A stretch of 64,000 bases of DNA, taken from the NCBI RefSeq assembly GCF_009914755.1, contig NC_060939.1. One strand, 5' to 3'. The DNA is from the human T2T-CHM13v2.0 reference genome, Homo sapiens. The first letter of the stretch is position 1. Every line of letters starts with the position of its first letter. Positions 1-10,826 of this stretch are shown one piece after another. The position numbers were made by a program, and so were the translations under genes. The notes under the pieces were generated by a model, which searched no databases, had not been told where the DNA came from, and saw only the letters and a program-made list of their open reading frames with translations.

Positions 1-99
1 CGGGAGGGGGAGGGGAGGCTCGAGCCGGGCGGACCCGAGCAAATCAGCAAGCCTGCTCCTCCACGGGGATGGGGGACGGCGGGGGGGAGGAAAAGGAGA

Positions 100-171
100 G
101 TGTGTCTGTGTGTGTGAGTGTGTGTGTATGTGTGTGCGTGCGCGCGTGTGTGTTGCGCGCGCGCGCGCGCG
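100..171. repeat. (TG)n-(CG)n alternating purine-pyrimidine microsatellite (Z-DNA prone)
   Basis: gtgtgtctgtgtgtgtgagtg...gcgcgcgcgcgcgcgcg, seen directly. Confidence 0.95.
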
Positions 172-300
172 AACAGGGAGAGAGGGAGAGGGGGAGAGAG
201 AAGAGGACAGGGAGAGCGCAGAGAGGAAAACTGCAGAAAACCACAGGGAAAGTACGGTACCGCCTCAGATCTTTTCATTTAAAAAAAAAAAAAAACTTAC

Positions 301-710
301 TTCTAGTTCATTTTCCCATCACTCCCGGCTCCTGCCTAACTGGGTCTTGCCGGGGACGTTTGGCATGGCGCTCTAGCTTTTGTTCCTTTTAATTCCGCGG
401 CCTCCCTCTCCTCTGCCCGCCGATTACAGCACCCCGAAGGCTTCCTGCTAACGTCCAAGGGCAGCAAGCTCTGCAGACGGTACCACTGCCGGGCTAAATT
501 TTTTATTAAGTGGCACTTTCTTTTCTGCGCAGATCCAGCAACCTTGTCAATACTCATTTTTTTCCAGGACCAGAAGAGACCAGCTTAACTCAGAGCACAC
601 TCCCTCCAAGCGGTGCGGACAAGGGGCCACCCCGAGAGTCTTTGGGGGCCGCGGCGGAATCGGGAGGGAGGAAGTGAGGAGGCAGTCATCTGGGTCCGAT
701 GTAGCCAAGG
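301..710 (-). other. MEIS2: Putative non-coding alternative first exon (5' UTR) of the minus-strand gene; 5' boundary approximate
   Basis: The minus strand reads ...GAACTAGAA|GTAAGTTTTT, a strong donor with the intron starting at 300. The exon lies in the CpG island just downstream (minus sense) of the (CG)n/(CA)n tract at 711-781. It contains only uORFs, and no ATG-initiated frame was seen running through the donor. Confidence 0.55.
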
Positions 711-757
<47 letters not shown>

Positions 758-781
758 CCCGCGCGCCCGTGCGCGCGCGCG
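711..781. repeat. (GT)n followed by imperfect (GC)n microsatellite (Z-DNA prone)
   Basis: Uninterrupted GT run 712-749, then gcgcgcgcgcccgcgcgcccgtgcgcgcgcg. Confidence 0.95.
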
Positions 782-1497
782 ACTAGTGTGCGTCTCCAAA
801 GTGGATCTCACTCAGAGCTGGGAAGCACAGGAGGAAAAGACGGAGAGAGTGGGGGAGAAAGAAGTTGCCGGGCGAGGAGGAGTGGCCGGCGCTCACAGCC
901 CAGCTTTGTTGTGGTCGCCCGAGGCGCAGCGGCGGGCCGCGGTAACGCCTGCTAATGGCTGTGTTAATTACACAGGGGCGATTTCGCGGGGTCAGGGAGA
1001 TGGGGCCAGCTCCGAAAGAACTTTTCCAAAAAGGAAAAGGAAACGAAGGGAACTACCCCACACCGTTTGGGTGGAAACTAGTTGTGGCCGGTGCCTTGTC
1101 CTCCCTGGCCCGAGCTGCACCAGGCTTCACCTCTGCGCGGCTGGTTTCCCGGCGGCCGCGCGTCAATCACTACGAGCCCGGAGTTGGGGGCGGAGCCACG
1201 GTCACCCCGCGCAAGCCTTGCCGCCCAGCAGCCCCCATGCCCCTCGGCCCCTTGTGGCGCGGCCGGGCGGACAGGCGCTGGAAGCGCGTCCTCTCCCCAA
1301 CTTCTCGCTCTCGCCCTCCCAGTCCCTGGCCCAGAGAGTGGAAAGCGGACTGTTGTTCTCCAACAGCCGCATCCCTCCCCAACTTTGAACCCATTCTGAG
1401 AAGTGGAGAGTAGTGTCTTCCGCGAGCCGCGTCTAACCGACTTTCCCGCGGAGGGAGGGTGGGATGGGGGAGGTTGATTAGAGAGAATAAAGTACTC

Positions 1498-1507
1498 TGT
1501 GTGTGTG

Positions 1508-1548
<41 letters not shown>

Positions 1549-1549
1549 C
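1498..1549. repeat. (TG)n(AG)n compound microsatellite
   Basis: Seen directly. Confidence 0.95.
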
Positions 1550-2110
1550 GGGGAGGAGGGCGGGTGGGAGGGCTCTTTTTTTTGGCCCCCGTTCCATGTT
1601 CCCTGCTTCACTGTAAGCTTTCGAGCAACAGAAACTAGGCTAAGATTGCAGCCTGCAGAGACTCCAAGCGGAGTCGGAGAAATTTGGCCTCGTTTTAATA
1701 GGGCTGAGGAATGAACTCCGGAGGTCAATAAAGCCCTCCAAAAATGATGAATGATTGAGCACCTGTGATGATGATAGTGATTACCAGAGCAATTAAACAG
1801 TTTGATTAAATGAGCCATCATAACAATGATGTCTGCGGGAAATCGGCCCTCACATATAAAGAAAGATAGTGCGAAGGGGCTGGCAGAGGCGCGGATAGCG
1901 CGACGCCAGGGAGAGGGGCTGCGGGCCGCGAGGTTTCTGCCCAATGGCCCGAGCAGGGACGGCCAGACTCACGGAGCTTCAGGGAGGAGAGTGTAGCCCA
2001 GGTTTTCAGCCACTCTTTTTTGCCGGGCTTCAAGCCTGCTAGAGCCGACGGGTAGGAAATCTGAAGGTTGGGGGGAGGGTACTTCCTCCACGTCCTCTTT
2101 TTTTTCCTAG

Positions 2111-2174
2111 AAGAACTCCAAGATTAAAAGTATCCTTATTTGTTGCTGAGTTGCTCGTCGACATTTAAGAGAAG
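2111..2174 (+). ncRNA. Candidate 64-nt exon of a divergent plus-strand lncRNA
   Basis: Polypyrimidine tract plus TAG acceptor (2093-2110) and a perfect AAG|GTGAGT donor (2172-2180). Confidence 0.45.
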
Positions 2175-2707
2175 GTGAGTAAAAAAGAAAAGAAGATGAA
2201 AGAGAAAAGAAAAAGTTGGTCTCCAGAATTTTATTTCAATCGACAGTTACGCGAATTCAGTTTAGCCGGGACCGGGAGGTTTGAGAGTGCGGCGGGGTGG
2301 GGAGGGGAAAAAAACAAAAACGCTGCGGAGCGTTTTCGACTTTGCAAAGCTGTTGATGTTGGTGGGTCCAAGTTCCCGGTGCAGCGCCGCTGGCTGAGAA
2401 ATTTGTACTCAGTTTTTACTCTTCTAATTATTCTTAAATTCAATTTAAGAATTTAAGTTTATCGTCGCCAATAGGATTATTGTTGTTTTAAATGTCTTGT
2501 TCAATAAGTGCCAGTTACGTTTCTTTTTAAAAGAAACTCCTCAGTGTCCTTGATAAACCTTTTTTTGTAAAGATCAACTTCATGCGGAACCTCTGCCTTG
2601 CAGGGTTTAAACATTCAACATTGCTACCTTCTGTTTCTTTTTCTGTTTTTATAGTGATACTGTAAAGTGAGTTAGCATCTCTATAGCTTTCATTTAGAAA
2701 AACTTAA

Positions 2708-3130
<423 letters not shown>

Positions 3131-5704
3131 GATTTCTATGTTTTCAAACAATTGTAAGCTAATAATGAGTTGATTATCTGGTGATAATCTTGGGTTTTAC
3201 AAAAAAAGAAAAGTTTAAACTTTATTTTCATGTGTTTTTATCAGATGCAGAAGGCATTTTTAACCTTAACGCCTTTCTCTGTCTCTCTCTTTCATATTCT
3301 TAACTTCTTTTGCATTTTATTGAATACATTAAAGCAAACAACAGGAACAATATGGTTAGGTGTAGGAGGGAGAGAGAAATATGACATTTTAAGATATTGT
3401 CAAAAAGTCATATTTAACTTCAACGACTTTTAGTTAAAAAAGTGTGAGAGTGTTGAAAGTGCATTCCTACTGGAGGAAATCTATGTCTTTTTAAAATTTG
3501 CCAGTTGTCTCAGGGGAGAACCCAGAATTTCTTTGAACGAAAGAGATCTTACTGATCTAGTTGCATGTCACTTATGAAACTGTTAGTTTAAAATAGCAGT
3601 CCTAGTGTAGTGGATTACACATGAGGAGATCAAGTTGGAGTCGATTCAAGGTATTGGTTCTTGGTCAGTCTGCTGAATTCAAAACACTATTACCTTTAAT
3701 CAGCAACTTGCGGGTGTTTTATTAATAGAGCTGAAAAAGGCTCATCTAACATATAAGAATTTCCTGGTTTCCCTCATCCCCAATTTTCCAGTCCAATAGA
3801 AGCGATTCCAAAGGAGTAGGGTACCCGCACTTACTGATTTCCATCCTGGTGGCATTTTGCTAATGCCCCATTGTCAGCGTTGGCACTCCCACCCAGGCTT
3901 CCAGGCTCATCTGCTCTCCCATATTTGGGGTGAAAGGAAAGTAGGTGGGGCAGGCCCGGGAGACAGGCACGAAATGGGGGTCGCAGGAGGTGGCACACAC
4001 CTCCGTCAACAGTCAGCTCCTTCTGCCCAGGCTGGAAATGGTTTTAACAGGCGGTAAAATTTCATCTTGCGGTGTCAAATTGGGGTCATTTTGGGGTTAG
4101 AGTTCTCAGTGTCCGAGAGGAGCTGTCCAGCTGCGTGGGGACTCATTAACTGCAAAAGATCTGTTTCAGTAAAAACAATTCAAAGACAATCAGAAGGCTA
4201 AAGACCCTCTACAAATCGCATTTTACAAGTGCCCCAGAACAAATATGGATGGTGAAACCTATTTCTTCAGAATCCCAAATCAGCTACTTAGCTCTGGAGT
4301 GGGGGTGGGGGTACTGCATAAAAAAGAGGTGAAAAGGAGGGGACCAAGCGGGTGGGGACCAGTGGAAGGGGGAATCGGGCCTCTCAAATTTAAGAGTCTG
4401 TTTTTAATCACCTCTTTCTTATTGAAGCAGCCCCAAGAGTTCTGAAAACTGCTACTTTTCTATTTTTCATTTTCTTTTTTTGAGCCAACATGGAATGCTA
4501 TTATAGGTAACATTTAAGATTTAAAAGGAATAATTGAATTCCACTATAGTCCCTTAATTTGAAGGGCATTGGCTTTATGGGGAGTGTTTAATTTGAACCA
4601 AGAATTTATGAACCCAGACTCTAGGTGAATTTGCCCACACTCCTTAAGGAGCTTGTGTAGCTGTTTCTTTTTCTTTTCCTTGAAAGTTATAGCTTCTTAG
4701 CACAGATAACTTCAAATTCCTCAGAACTGAGAAGTCCAAAGTGTTAATCTGTGTATTAAAATCGCCAGGTTTAAATCCTTTTTGTCTTCTTACAACAGTT
4801 AGAACAATTGACGCCTTGCTAGAGAAGCAAATAAGTCCAACCTTAATCTTATCTGTAACTTTATTTAATGTTTTGATTTGGAATATTTTGGATTAAGCAT
4901 ATCTTTAAAAACTCTGTAAGGTTAATTTTTATTCCGGGAGGGAAGTTCTCTTTACTGATTTTGAAAAAAGACATGAATTATTACTTTGATTTTCAAAAAT
5001 TCCTTCAGGTAAAAGGAAAATTCAGGTTTAAAATGAGAAGCTAGATATGTGAAATGCCAGAGATTTTAGGATAAAACCAAGTCAATACTTAAAAGTAAAG
5101 TATCATTTGAAAGAAATTTTATTTCTTGCATTACTGAACTGAGCAAGTAACAGTGATCAAAAATATGTTATTCTCTCTCCATCTCTCTCTCTCTCTGGAC
5201 TCCACTTCTGTCACTAGGTCTTCTCTTTCCATCCCCAGCACTTTTCTTTGGGTTCTGAATGACACAGTGATTTTTTTTTTTGTAGTCTAGTTATTTTCTC
5301 CAAGCGTCTCAGAGTATTTCTAAATTGTTATTCAAGGAGTTTGATTTCAGCCCTGCAGAAACAGCCCTGAGCCCAGCATCGCTGGGACAAAGGCAGAAGG
5401 GGCTATCTTCTGTTCAAGACCTGCTGGCTGACAGTTGGAATTTTTGATATATATTTTATTTGGCGTTTCCAATAACGTGTTTGTCTTTCCCTCTCCACCC
5501 CTTGCAGCCATCTATTACTTTTAAAACATCCCTTCTCCATAAACATCGGCTCATCCTTGTGAACTATTCTTGACCTTCCCAGCAGTGTAACCAGCAGCTC
5601 TGAAAGTTGGCCTAGAAATAATTCCACTGGCTTCCTTACCTGTTAACTTTACTCACTCTTCCTAGCTGGGATCAACAGAAGGAAGGGGACTTTTTTGTTT
5701 GCTT

Positions 5705-5742
5705 TTGTTGTTGTTGTTGGTGGTGGTGGTGGTGGTGGTGGT
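5705..5742. repeat. (GTT)n(GGT)n trinucleotide repeat
   Basis: Seen directly. Confidence 0.9.
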
Positions 5743-5939
5743 TTTTGGTTCTTTGGTCCTTTTCCCACTTAAACTTTCTATAATGATTTATTCTCCGCCT
5801 CCTCCCATTAATAACGTTTAAGCACCCCACACTTTATTTTTTAAATAAAATGGAGTAAAATTATTATACTTTTTTCCTTTATGCCCCCTTTTCTTTTATT
5901 TCTCCCAATTTTAGGGGCTTCACCATCTCATAGAAAGGA

Positions 5940-6900
5940 CTTCAATAAATAGCCCTCTAGCGCTATCTGGCGGGGCTCCAAACACGACGTGCGCTTGCTC
6001 TCACTGTTTCTTCCTCCTTCCCGCGCTCTCTTCTTTCCTCTCTTTCTTCCTCTCTCCTGCTTTTTCTCTCGTCTCTTCCGCTCGATTGTTTTCCTCTTTT
6101 TTTCTGTCCTCCTGCGGCCTCTTGTCTAGTTCCTACCCCTACTTCAGCGCAGGCGGCTTGGAAAGCCCCGGCCAGAGGCTAGTAACTCTCGCAAGTGGGA
6201 GATGCTCTGGCGACGGATCTCTCTTTTCTGATCCCTCCTCCCCCTTACCCAGCGCGGATCACACACATCCTTTGCCTTTGATTAGCATCTTAAAGTTGCT
6301 TAGCGTGCCGCTTAAGTCCCAGCGTCTCAGCTGGCGGTGGTTTGGAGAGGCTTAAAACTGCATTCATGAAGTTTGGAGGAAAGAAATCAGACACTGGAAT
6401 TCAGGGCTAGGAGCCCAGCTCAGTTTTAGGTCAGAAGGCCGAGTCTCAGTGCGAGATTGAGGAAGGGTCGGGGCTTAACGGGGGAGGTGGGGGTGGCGGG
6501 GGGGGAACAGCACGGCGCGGCGCCTAGCCTGCGAGATGGAGTCGGAGTGGGGGTGCGAGCGGTCCTCCACCGCCTCTGCCCGATCCGTACCTCACAATGG
6601 ACTGCTCGAGTTTGTATCTAGGCCTGTCCAGGATTGTTTACTCCTTCAATTAATCAGCTTTATCTCTTTTCCCCCTCCCCCCACCTCCACCAAATCTGGA
6701 GAGGAGTGGGAAAGAACTGGAAAACTCACAGGGCAAAGAGAGAAAGCCAACAGTCATAGTGCGGGAGGAGGCACGCCTGGGATGCAATACCCAACAGTCT
6801 CCTCCCTGCTTTCCTGCAATTTGCAGGTCATTGTCTTTCTTATTTGTAGCTTTTTTTTTTTTTCTTCAGTAGCCGGTAAACAATCGAACGCCGGGTAGGG
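5940..6900. promoter_or_regulatory. Secondary CpG-rich block with polypyrimidine tract and G4 motif
   Basis: Elevated CpG; pyrimidine tract ~5997-6110; G-runs 6465-6506; CTCF-like motifs at 5951-5975. Confidence 0.6.
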
Positions 6901-7010
6901 AGGTCAGAGGGGATGGGGCTGTGGGAGAGATTCTACTCAGGCTAGGTGCTTTAGATTTGGACCTGGCTGTGTCCCTACTTTATTAAAATTCTCATGTGGC
7001 GCGCGCTGTC

Positions 7011-7061
7011 TTCTCTCTTCTCTCTCTCTCTCTCTCACACACACACGCACATACACACACA
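7011..7061. repeat. (TC)n(CA)n microsatellite
   Basis: Seen directly. Confidence 0.9.
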
Positions 7062-8859
7062 GCCCGAGAGAAATTTCCAATCTTTGAGCAAATCTCTTCC
7101 ATCTAGTCCTTGAAACAGAGGAAAGGACATGGGACCTGAAGGAGAGTTATGATTGAATTTTCTAAAATTTAGTTTTGACATTGCAAAGTAAAAGTGAGGA
7201 CCGTATTCCCAATACAGACCCAGAGGGTGGTTATTTCAGGTGAGGGGACCTCAGCCTGTGACGTCTATGATCAACCAGACAAAGACCCCTTCCTAAATCT
7301 GAAGTCCCACCCCCACCCGTGGCAAACATGGAATACAAGGGAGGGGAAGGATGGCACAATAGTGGGTTCTGTTTTCCAAGAACTGCCCCCCACCTCCATT
7401 GCAGAAGGAAAAAAAAGCACGGTTCGGGTGTAATTAATTGGGGACTGTTATTAGGTCATCATTAGCCAAGGTACAAATAATAGCAGCACATTTTTACTTA
7501 AAATTGACCAGCCCCAGAGTGATAGATCGATTTGGAGTATAAAAAGATGTATCAAAACATCAATGTCGATTATTTGAAATATTGTAGTCGAATTTTTTTT
7601 ATTGCTTCATCGGTTAAGTGTCTGAAAATGCAGTGTTCAAACATATATTTATGTTGTCAATACTGTCAGAACTGTCAGTTTTACTATACTGGATTTGTAC
7701 TATATTTCAAATATGCTAATTTACATAAAATGCCCACCCTAGGATTCCCCCCCTACACCCACCCCATCTCTGGAAAATCCGTGTCAGTTTCTTCAAAGGA
7801 TTCAGCAATCTTTGCCTAAGCTAAAGTGTGCACTACCTCTTTTACTCAATTTTCCACATCGGATTACATGTCTTTTTCACCATCTCTAACTTTCAAAGAG
7901 ATCCTTCTTCCTTTCTCCCCAATTCTGCCTACTCTAACCTCTTCTTCAAAATAGTACTGAGGCACTTGGAAAGCTTCGAATTTAAATATCCACATCCCAG
8001 CTCCAAATATACCATTGGAGTAAAAAAACGGAAAAACTGGACTTGAGTGTACTTGGCCGCACTCGGGTAAACCAGGCTTCACCAGGTAGACGTTCTCATA
8101 CCGTAAGGGTCCATCATCAAATTACCTGGCAGATTGAAATCTTCCAGGGAAAATGAATTTGGAAATGTAAACACCTTTTCTTTCTTTTTACTTAAAAGCC
8201 TCGATGGTAGAAAAAGAAATAATACTTATAAATGATCGGCACGTTTTAACTTTAAAAGCTTTTGAACTCAAGTGAAAGACACACGTTGGAAACAGAATTG
8301 ATAGTTTTAATTCTACCCATTTTCACCTGGCACATCAGATCAGTGGCAATCATTTATTTTATGGGGTGTGGAGGGGAAAGGGATAGAAAGCGGATAGAAA
8401 GCTAGAATCCACTGAAGTCCCTGTCCTAAAAATCTCAGAGAAATTAAAGACTTATTGAAACACAAACATTCCATCGCTCCATACTCTCCGTCCAGATGAA
8501 TTGAAACTTATAAATCCACGCTCTCCCCAATTTTATGTTTTTTATTTATTTTTTTTCAGGGTTTGATAGGAAAGATACCCAAGTCTGATAGGGAAGACAG
8601 GGCCACTTCTGGACTAGCTGTGAGGATGTGTTTTCATTTCCATAACACTGAAGCACTTTCTGTAAACCTTTTGATGTACTTAAATAAGTCTATTTGGACA
8701 TTTAAAGAAGCTACACATACAAACATAGCTTGGCTTTTTGCCGTCAATCCCAGCATTAAAAAAACATTCATAATCTAACTGAGAAGCTCTTTCATACCCA
8801 TCCTTCTTTCAAATAAGTAAATAAATAAAGAAATAGAAGTGCAAACCAAAGAAAGTTTC

Positions 8860-10700
8860 CAGCGTGCATCTGTACGTCTTCGTGTGCGAGTTTATAAACA
8901 ACTTCCAGTCGGTACTTGGGTGTTACCTCCCTCCTGCCACACACCCCAAGGCAGAGGCATCGAGGGATCGCCCCCAGAGAGCTGTGTTTACTTAGCTTGT
9001 TTTAAAAAAAATCTCGCCGCCATGTATGACAAGTGTTACTGCAAGAAATTCATCAGCCTTCTACAGATACTTCCAGTTTTGCTGTAATGATCTGCAGAAG
9101 AGAACTGCCATCACTTTCTCACATCCCAAGGTGTTGCAGGAACTCAGAGAGAGGGGAGAGTGGCTGAAACGCTTAATTACCGGAGGCGAAGGAGGGGCGC
9201 GCGGGGGACCGAAGGAGAGGGGAGTGAAGAAGGAAGGTCCTTTACCAGGCTTGTACCTGGAGAAAGCTTTGAATCGCTTCTCTGCTATATTTGGAAAAGG
9301 TATGCTTGCTTTTTAAAAAAATGCCTTTAGGGCAAAGTGATACCCTTGTGTAATAATTAACTCAGACAATAAAAATAATTGGAAAATCAGTTGGAATTTC
9401 TGAGTTTTTAATTACGTTTAATTTCGTACTAAGCCGTAAAATTACGAATGCCCCTCAATTAAACACTCTCCTCTTGTAAAGCGTTTAACAACAATTATTC
9501 CTTAATCAGTCTGAATGTGAGTCACAAATGGTGCTTTTCCACATCAAAGAGACGTCCTTCCACGTTACCTTTTAGTCATAAGTAAGAGGATTAATTCCTA
9601 TAATTAGAGGGATAAATATGTGCATAAATATATCTCTCACCCTCTCCTTAAAAAACAAAACAAAACACTTTCACTCTGTGTGATACGTGGCCGGCTATGG
9701 TAGGGTAAGTGTTTGTAATCGTCTGCCTCTGCCCGGCATCCCTTTGCTGACGGGTGACTGGAACGGAGGAGACGCCGCGCGAAGCGCAGGGCCCCAGAGG
9801 GACACATGCACAGAGGCGCACACACGGGTCAGGCAGGAGGCGCAGAGTTCGGGGGCCCGGGACTCCACCAATTCCAGTGCGATCCTCCCCAGACAATAAC
9901 CCACCTCCCACCTTGGCCCTGCCCAGCGCAGCAAGACAGTTGTCTCCCTGTCGGTCTGCTTGTCCAGAAGAGCGGGGTCCCTGCCCTAAGCCCCAGCTCC
10001 AGCTTGACTCTTCAGGCTACAAATAAAAATTGAGCGTGACCTTTTAAAACTCCAGTGTGAATATCTCATTTACCTAATGACTTTATGTCACCTAGGAAGA
10101 AGGTCAATTTCCTCTTAACCTTTTCCCCGCTGCTGCAGTAAGCATTCTTCCCTAATCAATGGTGGCTGGAATAATCAATTCCCATTTTATGATCGCTGAC
10201 AAACTCAATCTCAGGGCGGGGTGTGAGAGCTGGGGGTGAGCTGGCTCGGGCCGGGACAGAGGTCTCTCTGCGTACGCCCCGCTCCGCCCGGCGCCAAGGG
10301 AAGCCGCTGTCTCTTCCGTCGAGTTCTGAGACCTTGGCAAACTTCCCTCCCCCAACCGCCGGCGTGACTTCTGAGTTGTCACTAATCCGAACCTGATATT
10401 CACCAGAGCTCCTTCGGTCACCGACAACGCTCCCCGCTGCTGCCGCGGCCTCCCGCCCGCCCTCCTCGGCGTGTTTTCATTTCTAAGTCTACGGGCAGGG
10501 ATTGCCCCGACCCAGTGTGTGTGTGCGTGTGTGTGTGTGCGTGGTTTCATTTACATTTTAAAAATCATTTTTGCGTTCTTCAGCGTGGATCTCAGCACTT
10601 TCCCTGTGTCTCAGGCCGACTAACTTTGCATAAACAAAGCAACAACCGAAGCTCATAGTGGGTGAAATCTTGCGGGGAAATGAAGGCAACCTGGTGGAGT
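8860..10700. promoter_or_regulatory. Third CpG-rich block interleaved with AT-rich homeodomain-motif clusters (orphan CGI / enhancer-promoter)
   Basis: CpG-dense at 9170-9230, 9690-10000 and 10210-10520; TAAT clusters at 9350-9610; plus-strand donor AGG|GTAAGT at 9702-9710. Confidence 0.6.
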
Positions 10701-10704
10701 TCGA

Positions 10705-10826
10705 TCTCTCTCTCTCTCTCTCTCTCCCTCTCTCTCTCTCCCTCTCTCTCTCTCCCTCCTCTCTCTCTCCCTTCCCCACATTTCTTCCTCTTCTTTTACC
10801 TTCTTCCTCCACTCCCCCCTCCACCC
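10705..10826. repeat. (TC)n / polypyrimidine tract
   Basis: Seen directly. Confidence 0.9.

Larger units (their letters stand above)
1..2400. promoter_or_regulatory. MEIS2: CpG island / complex multi-TSS promoter of a minus-strand developmental gene (tentatively MEIS2), probably bidirectional
   Basis: Very high GC and CpG density, G-runs, three dinucleotide tracts, a minus-strand splice donor at 300-295 and a plus-strand donor at 2175-2180, followed by gene-free sequence. The gene name is recalled similarity to MEIS2 5' UTR sequence and layout, not a database search. Confidence 0.6.

Noticed and set aside
424-444. REST/NRSE-like CAGCACC
   Set aside because: The right half-site (GGACAG) is absent
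69-1413. Plus-strand ORFs 69-392, 717-1388, 955-1413 and similar
   Set aside because: CV/RA/RE runs come from dinucleotide repeats; length is explained by GC content
1078-1944. Longest ORF (288 aa, minus strand)
   Set aside because: Starts at TTG, crosses a microsatellite and GC-rich stop-poor DNA, and has no recognisable domain
2052-2110. Plus-strand intron from CGG|GTAGGA to the 2110 acceptor
   Set aside because: Only 59 nt, below the usual minimum human intron length
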